Source: a virus
Lineage: Duplodnaviria > Caudoviricetes
Virus record (IMG/VR): IMGVR_UViG_3300001598_001791
Location: 14,432 to 78,431 of that record
Reading direction: 5' to 3' (one strand)
DNA length: 64,000 nucleotides
Shown piece by piece: positions 11,456 through 20,688 of this stretch; position 1 is the first letter of the stretch, and every line of letters begins with the position of its first letter. Position numbers and translations under genes: made by a program. The notes under the pieces are model-generated. The model was given only the letters and a program-made list of their open reading frames with translations, did not search any database and was not told where the DNA came from.

Positions 11456-14400
11456 ATGGCAAAAAACTTATTAGAAGACTACAAAGGTAGACTTTCTGTT
11501 AGATTTTAAGCAGCGTAGTGAAGTAATTTATTATGATGTTTCTTATTGTACCTAAATACAATACTTTAATCTACTGTCTCTAATAAGAGAAACAAACCTG
11601 GTGAATTCATGGAAAATCTAAAACTTAACGGGACCTCCCAACCCGGTTTTAGACAATCATGAGCCAAGCCCATTCGGGAAGGTGCAACGACTATCGAAAT
11701 GGTAGTTTAGGAGAAAAACCTAAATAAGAACAAAGTAGAGTACATCTAATTAGGTGGAAGTACCAGGGTCCTTATAAAGGATAAAACAACATAAGGATAT
11801 GATATAGTCTGATCTCCGTGGTGACATGGAGTTAACACAAATGTTCTGAAAAATTCTATGGCGACCGTAATGAAGGCGCTAAGATGGGAAACGCTAAAAA
11901 ACTTTTAACTGCTCAATGTTTAGACAATGTAGCTAAATATTTAAATGAGGCATTCACAATGACTGCAGGAACACAAAGAGGCGATTTAGGCGCTTTCAAA
12001 GTTTTCTGTATGGACATTACTACATTAACAATGCCAAACCTTATTGTTAATGACTTATTTATGGTTCAACCAATGAGTTCATTCCAAGGTTATTAAAAAG
12101 TTATAGTAACCTAGCTGCTATAATAAAAAGAAGGCAGCTACAATAAACCTCATAAATTCATGGAAACTCCTTACCTTTCAGGACAATCATGAGCCAAGCT
12201 TTCAATTTCTCAGTTGAAAGAAGGTGCAACGACTATCGAAATGATGGCTAGTAATAGCTAGAACAAAGTAGAGTACAATTCAAATGAATTGGAAAGATGA
12301 GGCTGCCAGAAATGGTAGATAATATAGTCTAAACTATATGGTAACATATAGAAAATATTTTGAGAAATTATTAATAAATGGCTACTGAGAAATAAAAAGC
12401 TTAAAATAATTTCAATGATTTATTTGTAATACAATTGTTAACTTACATGGAATATGCTTTAGCACCAGCTAAGGGTGGTGTTGCTGAAGGTACTGTTGTT
12501 CAAAATCCATTCCAATGGGCACCAATGACAGAAGCTAGAATGCAATACACTGGCGAAGCTGTTGTTGAAAAGATTGATGCTACTGGTGGTATTACCTTCG
12601 CTTGGGGACCAGTTGTTTATGGTAAAGCTGAAGACATCAGAGTTGAAGTAAACGGCGCTTACGTTCCAGTTCCAGCTGACAGACTAGTTAAAGATGCTAA
12701 TGGTAAAGTTATTGGTATCGCTGCTGGTTATATGGCTGAAGGTACAAGAGTTGCTTATAGATATGACAACCAATTAATCCCACAAGAAAAACTTCCTGGC
12801 ATCAAAGGCCAAATGAAGGGTATCGCATTAGTTGCTAAAGCAAGAAGAATTGGTATTGAATATTCACAATTCGCGGCTTAACTCAAGATACAAATCTTGA
12901 AAAGGTCCCTTACACAGTAATGTGTATTGAATAACCTATTTAATTGCTGGGAAACCTTTATAGCTAACTAAACTACAACGCAATTTGAAAAGATAATCGT
13001 GAAAGTTTTAAAATTAGTTAGATTAGGCAATCAGCAGCGAAGTTCCTTTAAAATGGAAAACGTTCAACGACTATCACCGGCGGGTGAGTAGATATTATGT
13101 AATATCAAAATAATAGGTATTTTTAAATCAAAAAAATAAATTATGGAAAAGAAAAAGAGAATTCCTTGAAACAAGGGTCTTACAAAAGAAACAGATCTAA
13201 GGGTTGCTAAGGGAGCTGAAAATACTAAAAACACAGTATTATCTAGATACGGTGTTAGTAATATATTTCAGTCAAAAGAAGTACTTGATAAACTTTCTGC
13301 AGATAGACATTCAGGTGAACTTGCAAGAAGAGCAATGGACACAAAGAAGTTAAGATATGGCGATCCGAATTATAATAATATTGAAAAGAATCATCAGACT
13401 AAATTAGATAGATATGGTGATCCAAACTATAATAATCAAGATAAAAACTATGAAACAAGAAAAATAAACGGCACATTTAATACATCTAAACCAGAAGAAG
13501 AATTAAAACAAGAACTAGTAAATAAATACGGTGAGGAAGACGTAGAAGTTGAATATAGAGATCCTAGATACCATAATAAAGAAGGGTATAAATATAAATG
13601 TGATTTCTATGTTAAATCTGAGGATTTATTTATTGAACTTAATTACTGGCAAGGACACGGACCACATCCCTTTGATGAAAATAATGAAGAAGATTTGAAA
13701 TTATTGGTTAAGTGAGAAGATAAGGCTAATTCAGGATTACCTCAATACAAAAATTATATTTATGTATGAACTGTTGATGATCCTAATAAATTAAAATGCG
13801 CAAAGGAAAATAATCTTAATTATCTGATGATTTATAGGAATGGTTTAAAAATAAAGATATAGTCTCCTCTCTTACGAAAGTAAGAGGCAATAATTATTGC
13901 ATTATAGAGTAACGATCTATAATAAAGAAAAGGTTTCAAGCTAAGCAAGATTACGGCATGGACTTCGAAGCTACTATCGCTCAACAAGCCCAAGCTGAAT
14001 TAGAGTATGAAATTGACTCTGAAGCGGTATTCATGATCAAGAATGCTGCTGATGCATCAGCTCCAGTTGTTACTTGGGTTGATGAAGAATTGGATTAAGA
14101 AAAAAAAGTTTACATTTTCTTACAATTATTGTTACATTTATTATAAAGATAATGGAAATGATATAAGAAGATGTACTACATATTTTACATATTTATTTAA
14201 TAATAAAGAACATACTTATACTCCTGATTTTATTATAGGAGATGAATATGCTGATGTTAAAGGTACACATTTTATTAAAGATAACAGAATGATTAACCCG
14301 TATGATCGATCTTTAGATGATCAATATGAAGCAAAACATCAATGTATAATTAAAAATAATGTAAGACTTATTTTAGAAGAAGAAATAAATAATTGTAAAT

Positions 14401-17400
14401 TATTTGTAGACCAAGAATATGGTTGTAATTATATAAACCAATTTGAGGTGACTAAAGGTCCCTTAATATAGAAATATATTTAGAAAACGATGTGAATTTC
14501 TGGGACATCTTATATACTTGCATACATATATAAGACAATCAGAAGCCAAGCAAATAGAAATATTTGAAGGTTCAACGACTATCGAAAAGTTAGTTTAAGA
14601 GAAATACTGAAATGAGAACTTAGTAGAGTACACTTTAAGTAAAGTGGAAGCGCATCGAAACTTACAGAGGTTCAAACAATGTAAGTTTATGATATAGTCT
14701 GATCTTATAGGTAACTATAAGAAATTAGATGGAAACGATCTAATTGTAACATAAATGACAATCAGCTATTCAATGAAGGCTAAACCTATTTTGGTCTTGG
14801 CGTAAGTAATTACGTAAAAATATAAACCGCATTAACTCAGGGGAACTCCCACAGGGAAAATCCTGATCCGAGCCTCTACTGTAAGAGGAAGGTGCAACGA
14901 CTATCGAAAAGGTCATTAATAAGAAATATATTAATGAGAACTTAGTAGAGTACATCTCAAAAGAGATGGAAGTGTGCGGCAACCTAGAGAGGATAAAACA
15001 ATCTAGGCTGAAGATATAGTCTGAACTCTATAGCAATATAGAGAGAATTAAATTTAGTTTAAATATGAACAATATAGAAGAAAAACAAAAAAATCACGCT
15101 GGAGGTACTAAAGGTTTAAAGTACTACAATGAGTGTAATTACAACTGAACTCATGGAAATACTGAACTCATGGAAATCATGCATATGATTAAAATAATGA
15201 AGACGATCTTGAGAAGGTTGTTGAATGAGAAGATAAAGCCAATGAAGGAAAAAATTATTATAAGAATGCAATCTATACATGAACAATTTTGGATGTTCGT
15301 AAACAAAAGACTGCTAAAGATAATAATTTAAACTATATTGTTATATATAAATAATTGTTTAATTCGTAACATAATTGGAAGGCTTTGCTAGAGCTATCGA
15401 AAGAGCTAAAGCTCATGTTTATAAAGCAACTGGCAGATTTATGCCTAACTGGATTAAAAATCTTGAATTTTGTTGCTAAATTTATTGTATAATATAATAA
15501 ATAAGGCAATTTGGCATGAATGAACAAATAATAAAATTTTACAAAACACATACTGGTGCAAAAACTAGAAAACAATTTAGTTAATATATGGTAAAAATTA
15601 TTTAAAGTCATTCAAAATTTAAAGATATGTCCCTTATTAAAGAAATTTAATATAGAAAACCACGAGAATTCATGGAAACGCCTATTCACATTGGAGAGTG
15701 ATTAGGTCAATCATGAGCCAAGCCCATTCGGGAAGGTGCAACGACTATCGAAATGATATGCATATACTTAATATGCAGAGTAACAGAGTAGAGTAAGACT
15801 TAAGAAATTCTGAAGTACGTGGGATCTAGAAATAAAGTAATCTAGATTATGATATAGTCTGAACTTATAAGTAATTATAAGAAAATAAACGGATTCGGTT
15901 TATTTGTAACACAATTGGTTAGTTTCTCCAGATATGATGACTATCCTTCCATTCGTTCCTGGTTTCGTTCATGCGAACAATGCTATTGCTAACGGACCAT
16001 ATGTTGCTGGAAATGTTGCTGGAATGAAAGTTATCGTATCACCAGCTTTAGGTAACAAAGTTTGTTACTTAGGTGTTTTGGGTGCAGATGGCAAGACTGC
16101 TGTTGGTGTATATGCTCCATTAAAAAATTATGCTTTCGCATAATGATTACAGTGGCCTTAAACAGAGATGTTTAAGTGAAAACAAATTTAATTGCTGGAA
16201 AGTCCTTAGAGCTCTTTTGGCTACAACGAAAGAAGTAATTCTAATCGTGAAAGCTTAAAAACAAAAGAGATTGGATAATCAGCAGCTAAGTTACTTATTT
16301 ATGAAAACATATTTATTTAGGTATATTGGTAGGACAGTGGGTTGCAAACCATTTTCTATTACTCCTAATAATAGAATTACTACCTATATATAAATTTAAT
16401 TTTAGAGGATTATATTTTGTATGGATATGTTTATTTAACTGAAAATTTAATAAGTAAAAAGTTCAACGACTAAGGGGTAGCACCCTGTAATAATCAAATG
16501 ATTATGAAAGAGTTTGCATCTTATCCTAAATAAGATGATAATATAGTCTCTTCTCTATAGAAATATAGAGCTACAAATTGTAGTAGTTAAAGTAATGAAT
16601 TAACTAAAAGATAAAAGATATGCCAATCGTCCCAACTCAATTATTAGGCTTTGCTGATGGCACTATGAGCCAAGGTTTGACAATCGCGACATGGCAGTTC
16701 GCGTAAGACCGTTTACTTAGCAATAAGTAAAATAAATCACATATTTAATTGCTGGAAAATCGTAAAGCTCACAAGCCTGAATGGTTACGAAAGTAGAAAC
16801 AAGTTGTGAGATATCTATATGGTGTAAACCTAAGTAGATGTAAATCGATAATCAGCTTCCAAGCTTCTGTTTAGAAGAAGGATCAACGACTATCCCCTAG
16901 TGGGAGTAGAGAAGAAGTCTTCTCGAAAAGGTATGCATCTTAAAAAGATGATGATATAGTCTATACTTTATTCGAAAGGTAAAGGAGAAATTATTTTGGG
17001 AAAAAGAACAAATTATATTAACCCTGATACAAAAGAAGTTATTTGATGTATTAGAGGTAATCAACCAGAAAACTGAGTTGAAATAAAACATTTTAAAAAG
17101 GTAGATGAGTTAAAGAATACTATTTCTAAAGAAGAATTATTTATTTATTATATTATAGAAAATAATAATTTTATAACTACTGCTAAATATTTCAATATAA
17201 ATCCTGCAAATGTATTACATGATTTACTAAAATATTACGGTATACATAAAGATAGTGTTTCTTCTAGTAAAAATAATAAATATAAAAGATCAAAAGAAGA
17301 ATCCATTTTAGTTGGACAGAAATCTTCTTTAACACAAAAAGAAAAATGGAAAAATAAAAGCATTGAGGAAAAAGAAGAATATAAGGAAAAACAAAAAATA

Positions 17401-18130
17401 GCTCATTCAACTGATACTTTCAGAAAAAAAATAAGTGATATAAATAGAGAATATAGAAAAGAACTAAAAGATACTGATCCTGAATTAGATTTTGAATTAA
17501 ATAGGCGTAGGTCTATTTCATGTAAAAAAACTTGGTCTAATAAAGATTTAATAGACAAAAGGAATGAAACAGCTAAAAAGAACAGATTAGAAAGAAAAAA
17601 TCAAATTTGTAGAACTAAGGCTGAACAATCAGTCTATAATGTACTGATTAATTTATTTCCAGATCTTATTTATGATAAAATAATTGATGAAAGATATCCT
17701 TATCATATTGATTTTTATATTCCAAGTGAAGATCTATTTATAGAACTAAACGCACATCCTTCTCACGGTAAACATCCTTTTACTGGTGATCTGAATGAAT
17801 GCTATAATATCACTGGTAATTGGCTAGATACTTATATTAGACGAGACGTAGAAAAAAGAAATTGTGCTATTTCAAATAATCTTAATTATTTAGTTATTTA
17901 TCCTCAATCATCTTTAAGAGAAAACATCTCATTTAATCCCGAAAAATATAAAGACTTAATAAAAATTATTTATAATTCCCAGAATAAATCTCACTAATGA
18001 TTAACGACCATTAGTAAATATATTAGTTAGCACACTTTATGATATGCGAATCTTAAATGAAAAATTATTAGCAAAGATCAACGTTGTTGAAGGCGATGAA
18101 GCTGCATTGGTAAAAGTTTTAGAAGCTTAA
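11456..18130 (+). CDS. Major capsid protein (T4 gp23-like, 454 aa), spliced from 9 exons: 11456-11499, 11844-12093, 12438-12878, 13934-14095, 14758-14781, 15378-15454, 15918-16120, 16618-16677, 18027-18130
   Basis: Exons total 1365 nt and join in frame: LSV|SEKFY, FQGY|LTYME, QFAA|FQAKQDYGMD, EELD|TISYSMKA|EGFARAIE, PNWM|LVSPD, YAPY|MPIVPTQ, QGF|STLYDM. Every junction follows the group I rule (5' exon ends in U, intron ends in G). gp23-like motifs VQPMS, KARRIGIEYS, YAPYMP. Confidence 0.88.
11500..11843 (+). ncRNA. Group I intron 1 of capsid gene (344 nt, no ORF)
   Basis: Core elements GAATTCATGGAAA, AATCATGAGCCAAG, GCAACGACTA, GATATAGTCT; IGS GCAG pairs with exon CUGU (U-G at splice site); ends ACAAATG. 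Confidence 0.88.
12094..12437 (+). ncRNA. Group I intron 2 of capsid gene (344 nt, no ORF)
   Basis: Same core elements; IGS GTAACCT pairs with exon AGGTTAT; ends ACAATTG. Confidence 0.9.
12879..13933 (+). ncRNA. Group I intron 3 of capsid gene, with endonuclease ORF in the P8 region
   Basis: TTAATTGCTGGGAAA, AATCAGCAGCGAAG, TCAACGACTA, AAGATATAGTCT; CTTGAAA near the 5' end pairs with 3' exon TTTCAAG (P10). Confidence 0.88.
13143..13862 (+). CDS. Intron-encoded endonuclease, Vsr/DUF559-like PD-(D/E)XK type (239 aa, code 4)
   Basis: IPWNKGLTKETD (W = TGA), RYGDPNYNN repeats, CDFYVKSEDLFIELNYWQGHG; 3 TGA; stop overlaps the intron S element. Confidence 0.75.
14096..14757 (+). ncRNA. Group I intron 4 of capsid gene
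   Basis: GTGAATTTCTGGGAC, AATCAGAAGCCAAG, TTCAACGACTA, GATATAGTCT; ends ACATAAATG; nuclease remnant near the 5' end. Confidence 0.85.
14148..14471 (+). pseudogene. Truncated PD-(D/E)XK (TnsA-like) endonuclease remnant in intron 4
   Basis: HTYTPDFIIGDEYADVKG motif; no in-frame start with RBS found; track ORF N-terminus (14043) is out-of-frame exon sequence. Confidence 0.55.
14782..15377 (+). ncRNA. Group I intron 5 of capsid gene
   Basis: IGS GGTCTT pairs with exon AAGGCT; core GCAACGACTA and AAGATATAGTCT; ends ACATAATTG. Confidence 0.85.
15065..15354 (+). pseudogene. Decayed paralogue of the intron-3 endonuclease inside intron 5
   Basis: NEDDLEKVVEWEDKANEGKNYYKNAIYTWTILDVRKQKTAKDNNLNYIVIY aligns by eye with the intron-3 ORF C-terminus; broken by a 17-nt tandem duplication (15144-15177) and TAA 15190-15192. 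Confidence 0.75.
15455..15917 (+). ncRNA. Group I intron 6 of capsid gene
   Basis: GAATTCATGGAAA, AATCATGAGCCAAG, GCAACGACTA, GATATAGTCT; ends ACACAATTG; splits the Met codon AT|G. Confidence 0.87.
16121..16617 (+). ncRNA. Group I intron 7 of capsid gene
   Basis: TTAATTGCTGGAAA, AATCAGCAGCTAAG, TTCAACGACTA, AATATAGTCT; IGS GTGG pairs with exon CCAT; splits Tyr T|AT. Confidence 0.87.
16417..16461 (+). pseudogene. 15-codon stub of a GIY-YIG endonuclease in intron 7
   Basis: RBS GAGGA then TTG-YGYVYLTENLISKK, resembling the GIY motif, running into the intron core. Confidence 0.45.
16678..18026 (+). ncRNA. Group I intron 8 of capsid gene, with endonuclease ORF in the P9 region
   Basis: TTAATTGCTGGAAA, AATCAGCTTCCAAG, TCAACGACTA, GATATAGTCT; likely IGS GACC pairs with exon GGTT; ends ATATTAG. 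Confidence 0.82.
16996..17997 (+). CDS. Intron-encoded Vsr/DUF559-like endonuclease (333 aa, code 4; absent from ORF track)
   Basis: RBS AAGGAG, TTG start, 2 TGA, open to TAA 17995-17997; YPYHIDFYIPSEDLFIELNAHPSHG and NNLNYLVIY, homologous to the intron-3 ORF. Confidence 0.8.
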
Positions 18131-18142
18131 TCCCAAAAATTA

Positions 18143-18170
18143 AAAGAAGCTGAAAAGCTTCTTTTTTTTT
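18143..18170 (+). terminator. Intrinsic terminator after capsid gene
   Basis: AGAAGCT-gaaa-AGCTTCT followed by a T run. Confidence 0.8.
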
Positions 18171-18172
18171 AG

Positions 18173-18204
18173 TTTACTTTTTGATATATTAATTGTAGTA
18201 TAAT
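18173..18204 (+). promoter_or_regulatory. Sigma70/sigmaA-type promoter (AGTTTAC-N17-TAnnnT family)
   Basis: TTTACT 18173 with TAGTAT 17 nt later. Family members at 18309, 18411, 47161, 52326, 56349, 59135 and 62982 all have 17-nt spacers. Confidence 0.7.
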
Positions 18205-18207
18205 TAT

Positions 18208-18306
18208 CATTGTATATTATTATTGTAATCACCCACTGTGGTTATTCTAGTGTTTTAAACACAATCCTCTTTATTCAGAAGACTTAAATAAGTCTTCTTT
18301 TTTTTT
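18208..18306 (+). ncRNA. Candidate small RNA 1
   Basis: Bounded by a promoter and terminator (AGAAGACTT/AAGTCTTCT + T run); no ORF; hairpin GTAATCA/TGGTTAT; TCCTCTTTA tract. Confidence 0.45.
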
Positions 18307-18343
18307 AGTTTACAAACATATTTATTTGTTGTATAATAATAAT

Positions 18344-18408
18344 GTAATCAAATTAATGGTTATATTTTCCCCTTTATGACAGTAGAGATCTCTGATCTCT
18401 ACTTTTCT
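18344..18408 (+). ncRNA. Candidate small RNA 2 (paralogue of RNA 1)
   Basis: Own promoter (TTTACA 18309, TATAAT 18332) and terminator (AGTAGAGATC/GATCTCTACT); same GTAATCA/TGGTTAT hairpin; TCCCCTTTA tract. Confidence 0.45.
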
Positions 18409-18460
18409 AGTTTACAAGAAATAAATTGTATTATATAATAAATATATAGAGGTAAATGAG

Positions 18461-18715
18461 ATGGTAAATCAGTTAATACAAGAGTTAATTAATTCTGAAT
18501 ATATCACATATAATAATCCGGCGATAACTGAAAAGGGTGATGCTTTTGTTTATAGATTAAATGATGGGAAATTATTATATACTCCTGTTGTTAAAGACTT
18601 TCCCTACAACAGCGGAAGTTATATAGTTAAATTAAATGATGAAGAATTTGATTTAACCGGGCAAGAATTTAGCAGATTGCAGTATGAAATTTTAGTTAGG
18701 TTTAGAAAACAATAA
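18461..18715 (+). CDS. Hypothetical protein (84 aa)
   Basis: Own promoter at 18411, RBS GAGG. Confidence 0.6.
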   Translation: MVNQLIQELINSEYITYNNPAITEKGDAFVYRLNDGKLLYTPVVKDFPYNSGSYIVKLNDEEFDLTGQEFSRLQYEILVRFRKQ

Positions 18716-18740
18716 AAAGAGGGTTAATCCCTCTTTTTTC
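18715..18740. terminator. Bidirectional terminator between convergent genes
   Basis: AAAAAGAGGG-ttaat-CCCTCTTTTTT. Confidence 0.75.
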
Positions 18741-19065
18741 ATACTCTTTCTTTCCATGATTTCTTTTTTCTTTCTTTGGTTTTTATTCCATGAACTTCTT
18801 TGTGACATTTGATACATAAAAGAGTCAGATCACTATCTTCTTCATTACCTACTCTATCATAAGTTAGGTGGTGTACATTGGCATCCCTTAGTTGTATAGC
18901 TTTACCACATTTAGTACATCTTCGATCATATTTCCTATAAATTTCTATTCTCTTGAATTTTCAATGTGAAGTTTTGAGATAGTTCTTATACCCAAGAACT
19001 TTCTCATTAGTATCTTCACAGATAATCTCTCTATTTTCTCAGAATTCTTTTGATTTGTATTTCAT
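18724..19065 (-). CDS. HNH endonuclease (113 aa, code 4; absent from ORF track)
   Basis: YLKTSHWKFKR, CTKCG, NVHHLTYDRVGNEEDSDLTLLCIKCHKEVH; 3 TGA; the only credible minus-strand gene I found. Confidence 0.85.
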
Positions 19066-19113
19066 ATAATATCATACATTTAAATTTGAAGTGTATTTTA
19101 TTTTGAATAGTTA

Positions 19114-19130
19114 TTGCTAAAATTAATATA
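19114..19130 (+). promoter_or_regulatory. Candidate phage late-promoter motif TTGCTAAAATTAWTATA
   Basis: Near-identical copies upstream of structural genes at 9119, 19114, 20662 and 26187; variants at 15473 and 43323. Confidence 0.6.
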
Positions 19131-19145
19131 CAAAGGAGGTTATCT

Positions 19146-19904
19146 ATGTTTATTAAGAGATCTTTAAATGAGGCATCCCGTGGTCAATTGATAAGCAAAT
19201 CAAAGAATGCTGATGTAGTAAAATCTTATGGGACTACTAGATATGGACGAAAAGACTATCAACACGTTGAAGATACTACTGATAACCTAAATAGAGTTGA
19301 TTTTAATGCGTTGTTTAAAGCTGATCTGTTATCTCTCATAATCCCTGTTCAGGGTGAAACTTCTGAGTATAATGTAGAAATACTTTTTGAGGGTGTTTGT
19401 TCCAATATAAAAGATCAAATAAAAAATAACAACTATATTCGAGAATATAAATGTATATATAGAGCTCTAATTGATGCGATAAATAAATATGATTTATATG
19501 TTAGTTGTGACTGCAAAGATTTTAAATTTAGACAGGCCTATTATGCATCAAAAGGGAGATACAATTCAGGTCAAACACAAATTACTCCTTCGAGGATAAC
19601 CAACCCAAATGATACTAAAGGTGCAGGGTGTAAACATATCATGAAGGTTATTTCTGACCTAGATTGGTTGCTTAATTTATCTACTTGCATAAATAATTAT
19701 ATTACTTATATAGAAGAAAATTATAATGATAAATATAGAGATATTATTTTTCCAGCTATTTATGGAATTGATTATGATTCTGCTATAAATAGAGGGATTA
19801 TCGACATTGATGACAATGAGATAGATAATATCAATATTGAAGAAGAGCCTATAGAAGATAGTTCTACTGAGCCTAGTGAAGAAAGCCAAGAGGAGGAATT
19901 ATAA
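19146..19904 (+). CDS. Hypothetical protein with SWIM-type zinc finger
   Basis: VSCDCKDF...GCKH (CxC-Xn-CxH). Confidence 0.6.
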   Translation: MFIKRSLNEASRGQLISKSKNADVVKSYGTTRYGRKDYQHVEDTTDNLNRVDFNALFKADLLSLIIPVQGETSEYNVEILFEGVCSNIKDQIKNNNYIREYKCIYRALIDAINKYDLYVSCDCKDFKFRQAYYASKGRYNSGQTQITPSRITNPNDTKGAGCKHIMKVISDLDWLLNLSTCINNYITYIEENYNDKYRDIIFPAIYGIDYDSAINRGIIDIDDNEIDNINIEEEPIEDSSTEPSEESQEEEL

Positions 19905-20611
19905 TGGAAAAAAGTGAATATATAGATCAAATTAAACTTCAATTATTTGGTGGTATTTTAGAATCTGAGATAGACGATAATACTTTTAGTAAAATAATGG
20001 ATATGTCTCTAAGTGAATTGAATAGATATTACAATGGAACGGCTTTAATTGAAGTTCCTGCCAGTAGTTGTATTGACCTAGCTTCACATCCTGAGATCAG
20101 CACTGTTGTTGCTATATATAGACCAAACCCATCTGGATTCTCTACTACTAGTAATTATTCAGGTGACCCAGTATACATGTCTCAGTTACAGATGTATAAC
20201 TTTGGATCTAGTTATTATTCTAATAGTTGGATCTATAACTATTTAACATACTCACTCAATCAAAAAATACGGAATACTATGTCTACTGATCTTGATTTTA
20301 AAGAAGATAAGAAGGATAAAAAATTATATATTAGTTTTAGTAATGGAACTCCATCTAAAATAGCGATTGAGTACGTACCTCAATTACGTGATTGTTCAGA
20401 TGTATTTGAAGATTATTGGCAAGATATTCTTCTTAGACTAGCTCTTGCTCATACAAAGGTAGCTTTAGGTAGAATTAGAACTAGATTTACTCAAAGTGAT
20501 GCCGTGTGGTCAGGTGATGGTGCTACTATCTTGGCAGAAGGAAGTACTGAGTTAAAAGAACTCAGAGAATTACTTAGATCCCATACTGATTTAATTTACC
20601 CAATAGACTAA
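19904..20611 (+). CDS. Probable neck / head-tail adaptor protein
   Basis: 235 aa between capsid and sheath; helical C-terminus LALAHTKVALGRIRTRF...DGATILAEG typical of T4-like neck proteins. Confidence 0.5.
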   Translation: MEKSEYIDQIKLQLFGGILESEIDDNTFSKIMDMSLSELNRYYNGTALIEVPASSCIDLASHPEISTVVAIYRPNPSGFSTTSNYSGDPVYMSQLQMYNFGSSYYSNSWIYNYLTYSLNQKIRNTMSTDLDFKEDKKDKKLYISFSNGTPSKIAIEYVPQLRDCSDVFEDYWQDILLRLALAHTKVALGRIRTRFTQSDAVWSGDGATILAEGSTELKELRELLRSHTDLIYPID

Positions 20612-20688
20612 TGTTCTAGCATGAGTTTTGAAAAATTTTTTGTAAAATATCTAATTTTTTATTGCTAAAATTATTATAGTACATATCT

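Noticed and set aside
14043-14147. N-terminus of track ORF 14043-14471
   Set aside because: Out-of-frame reading of capsid exon 4 and the intron 5' end; only the distal nuclease-like part is credible.
11654-16900. Recurrent GAAGGTGCAACGACTATCGAAA-like repeats as a CRISPR array
   Set aside because: Irregular spacing of hundreds of nt; they are the conserved P7 elements of the group I introns.
18228-18245. 10-nt identity (ACTGTGGTTA) between candidate sRNA 1 and the kinase insertion site at 56451-56460
   Set aside because: Same sense rather than antisense, short, found post hoc, and no equivalent match to the PolA site; probably chance.
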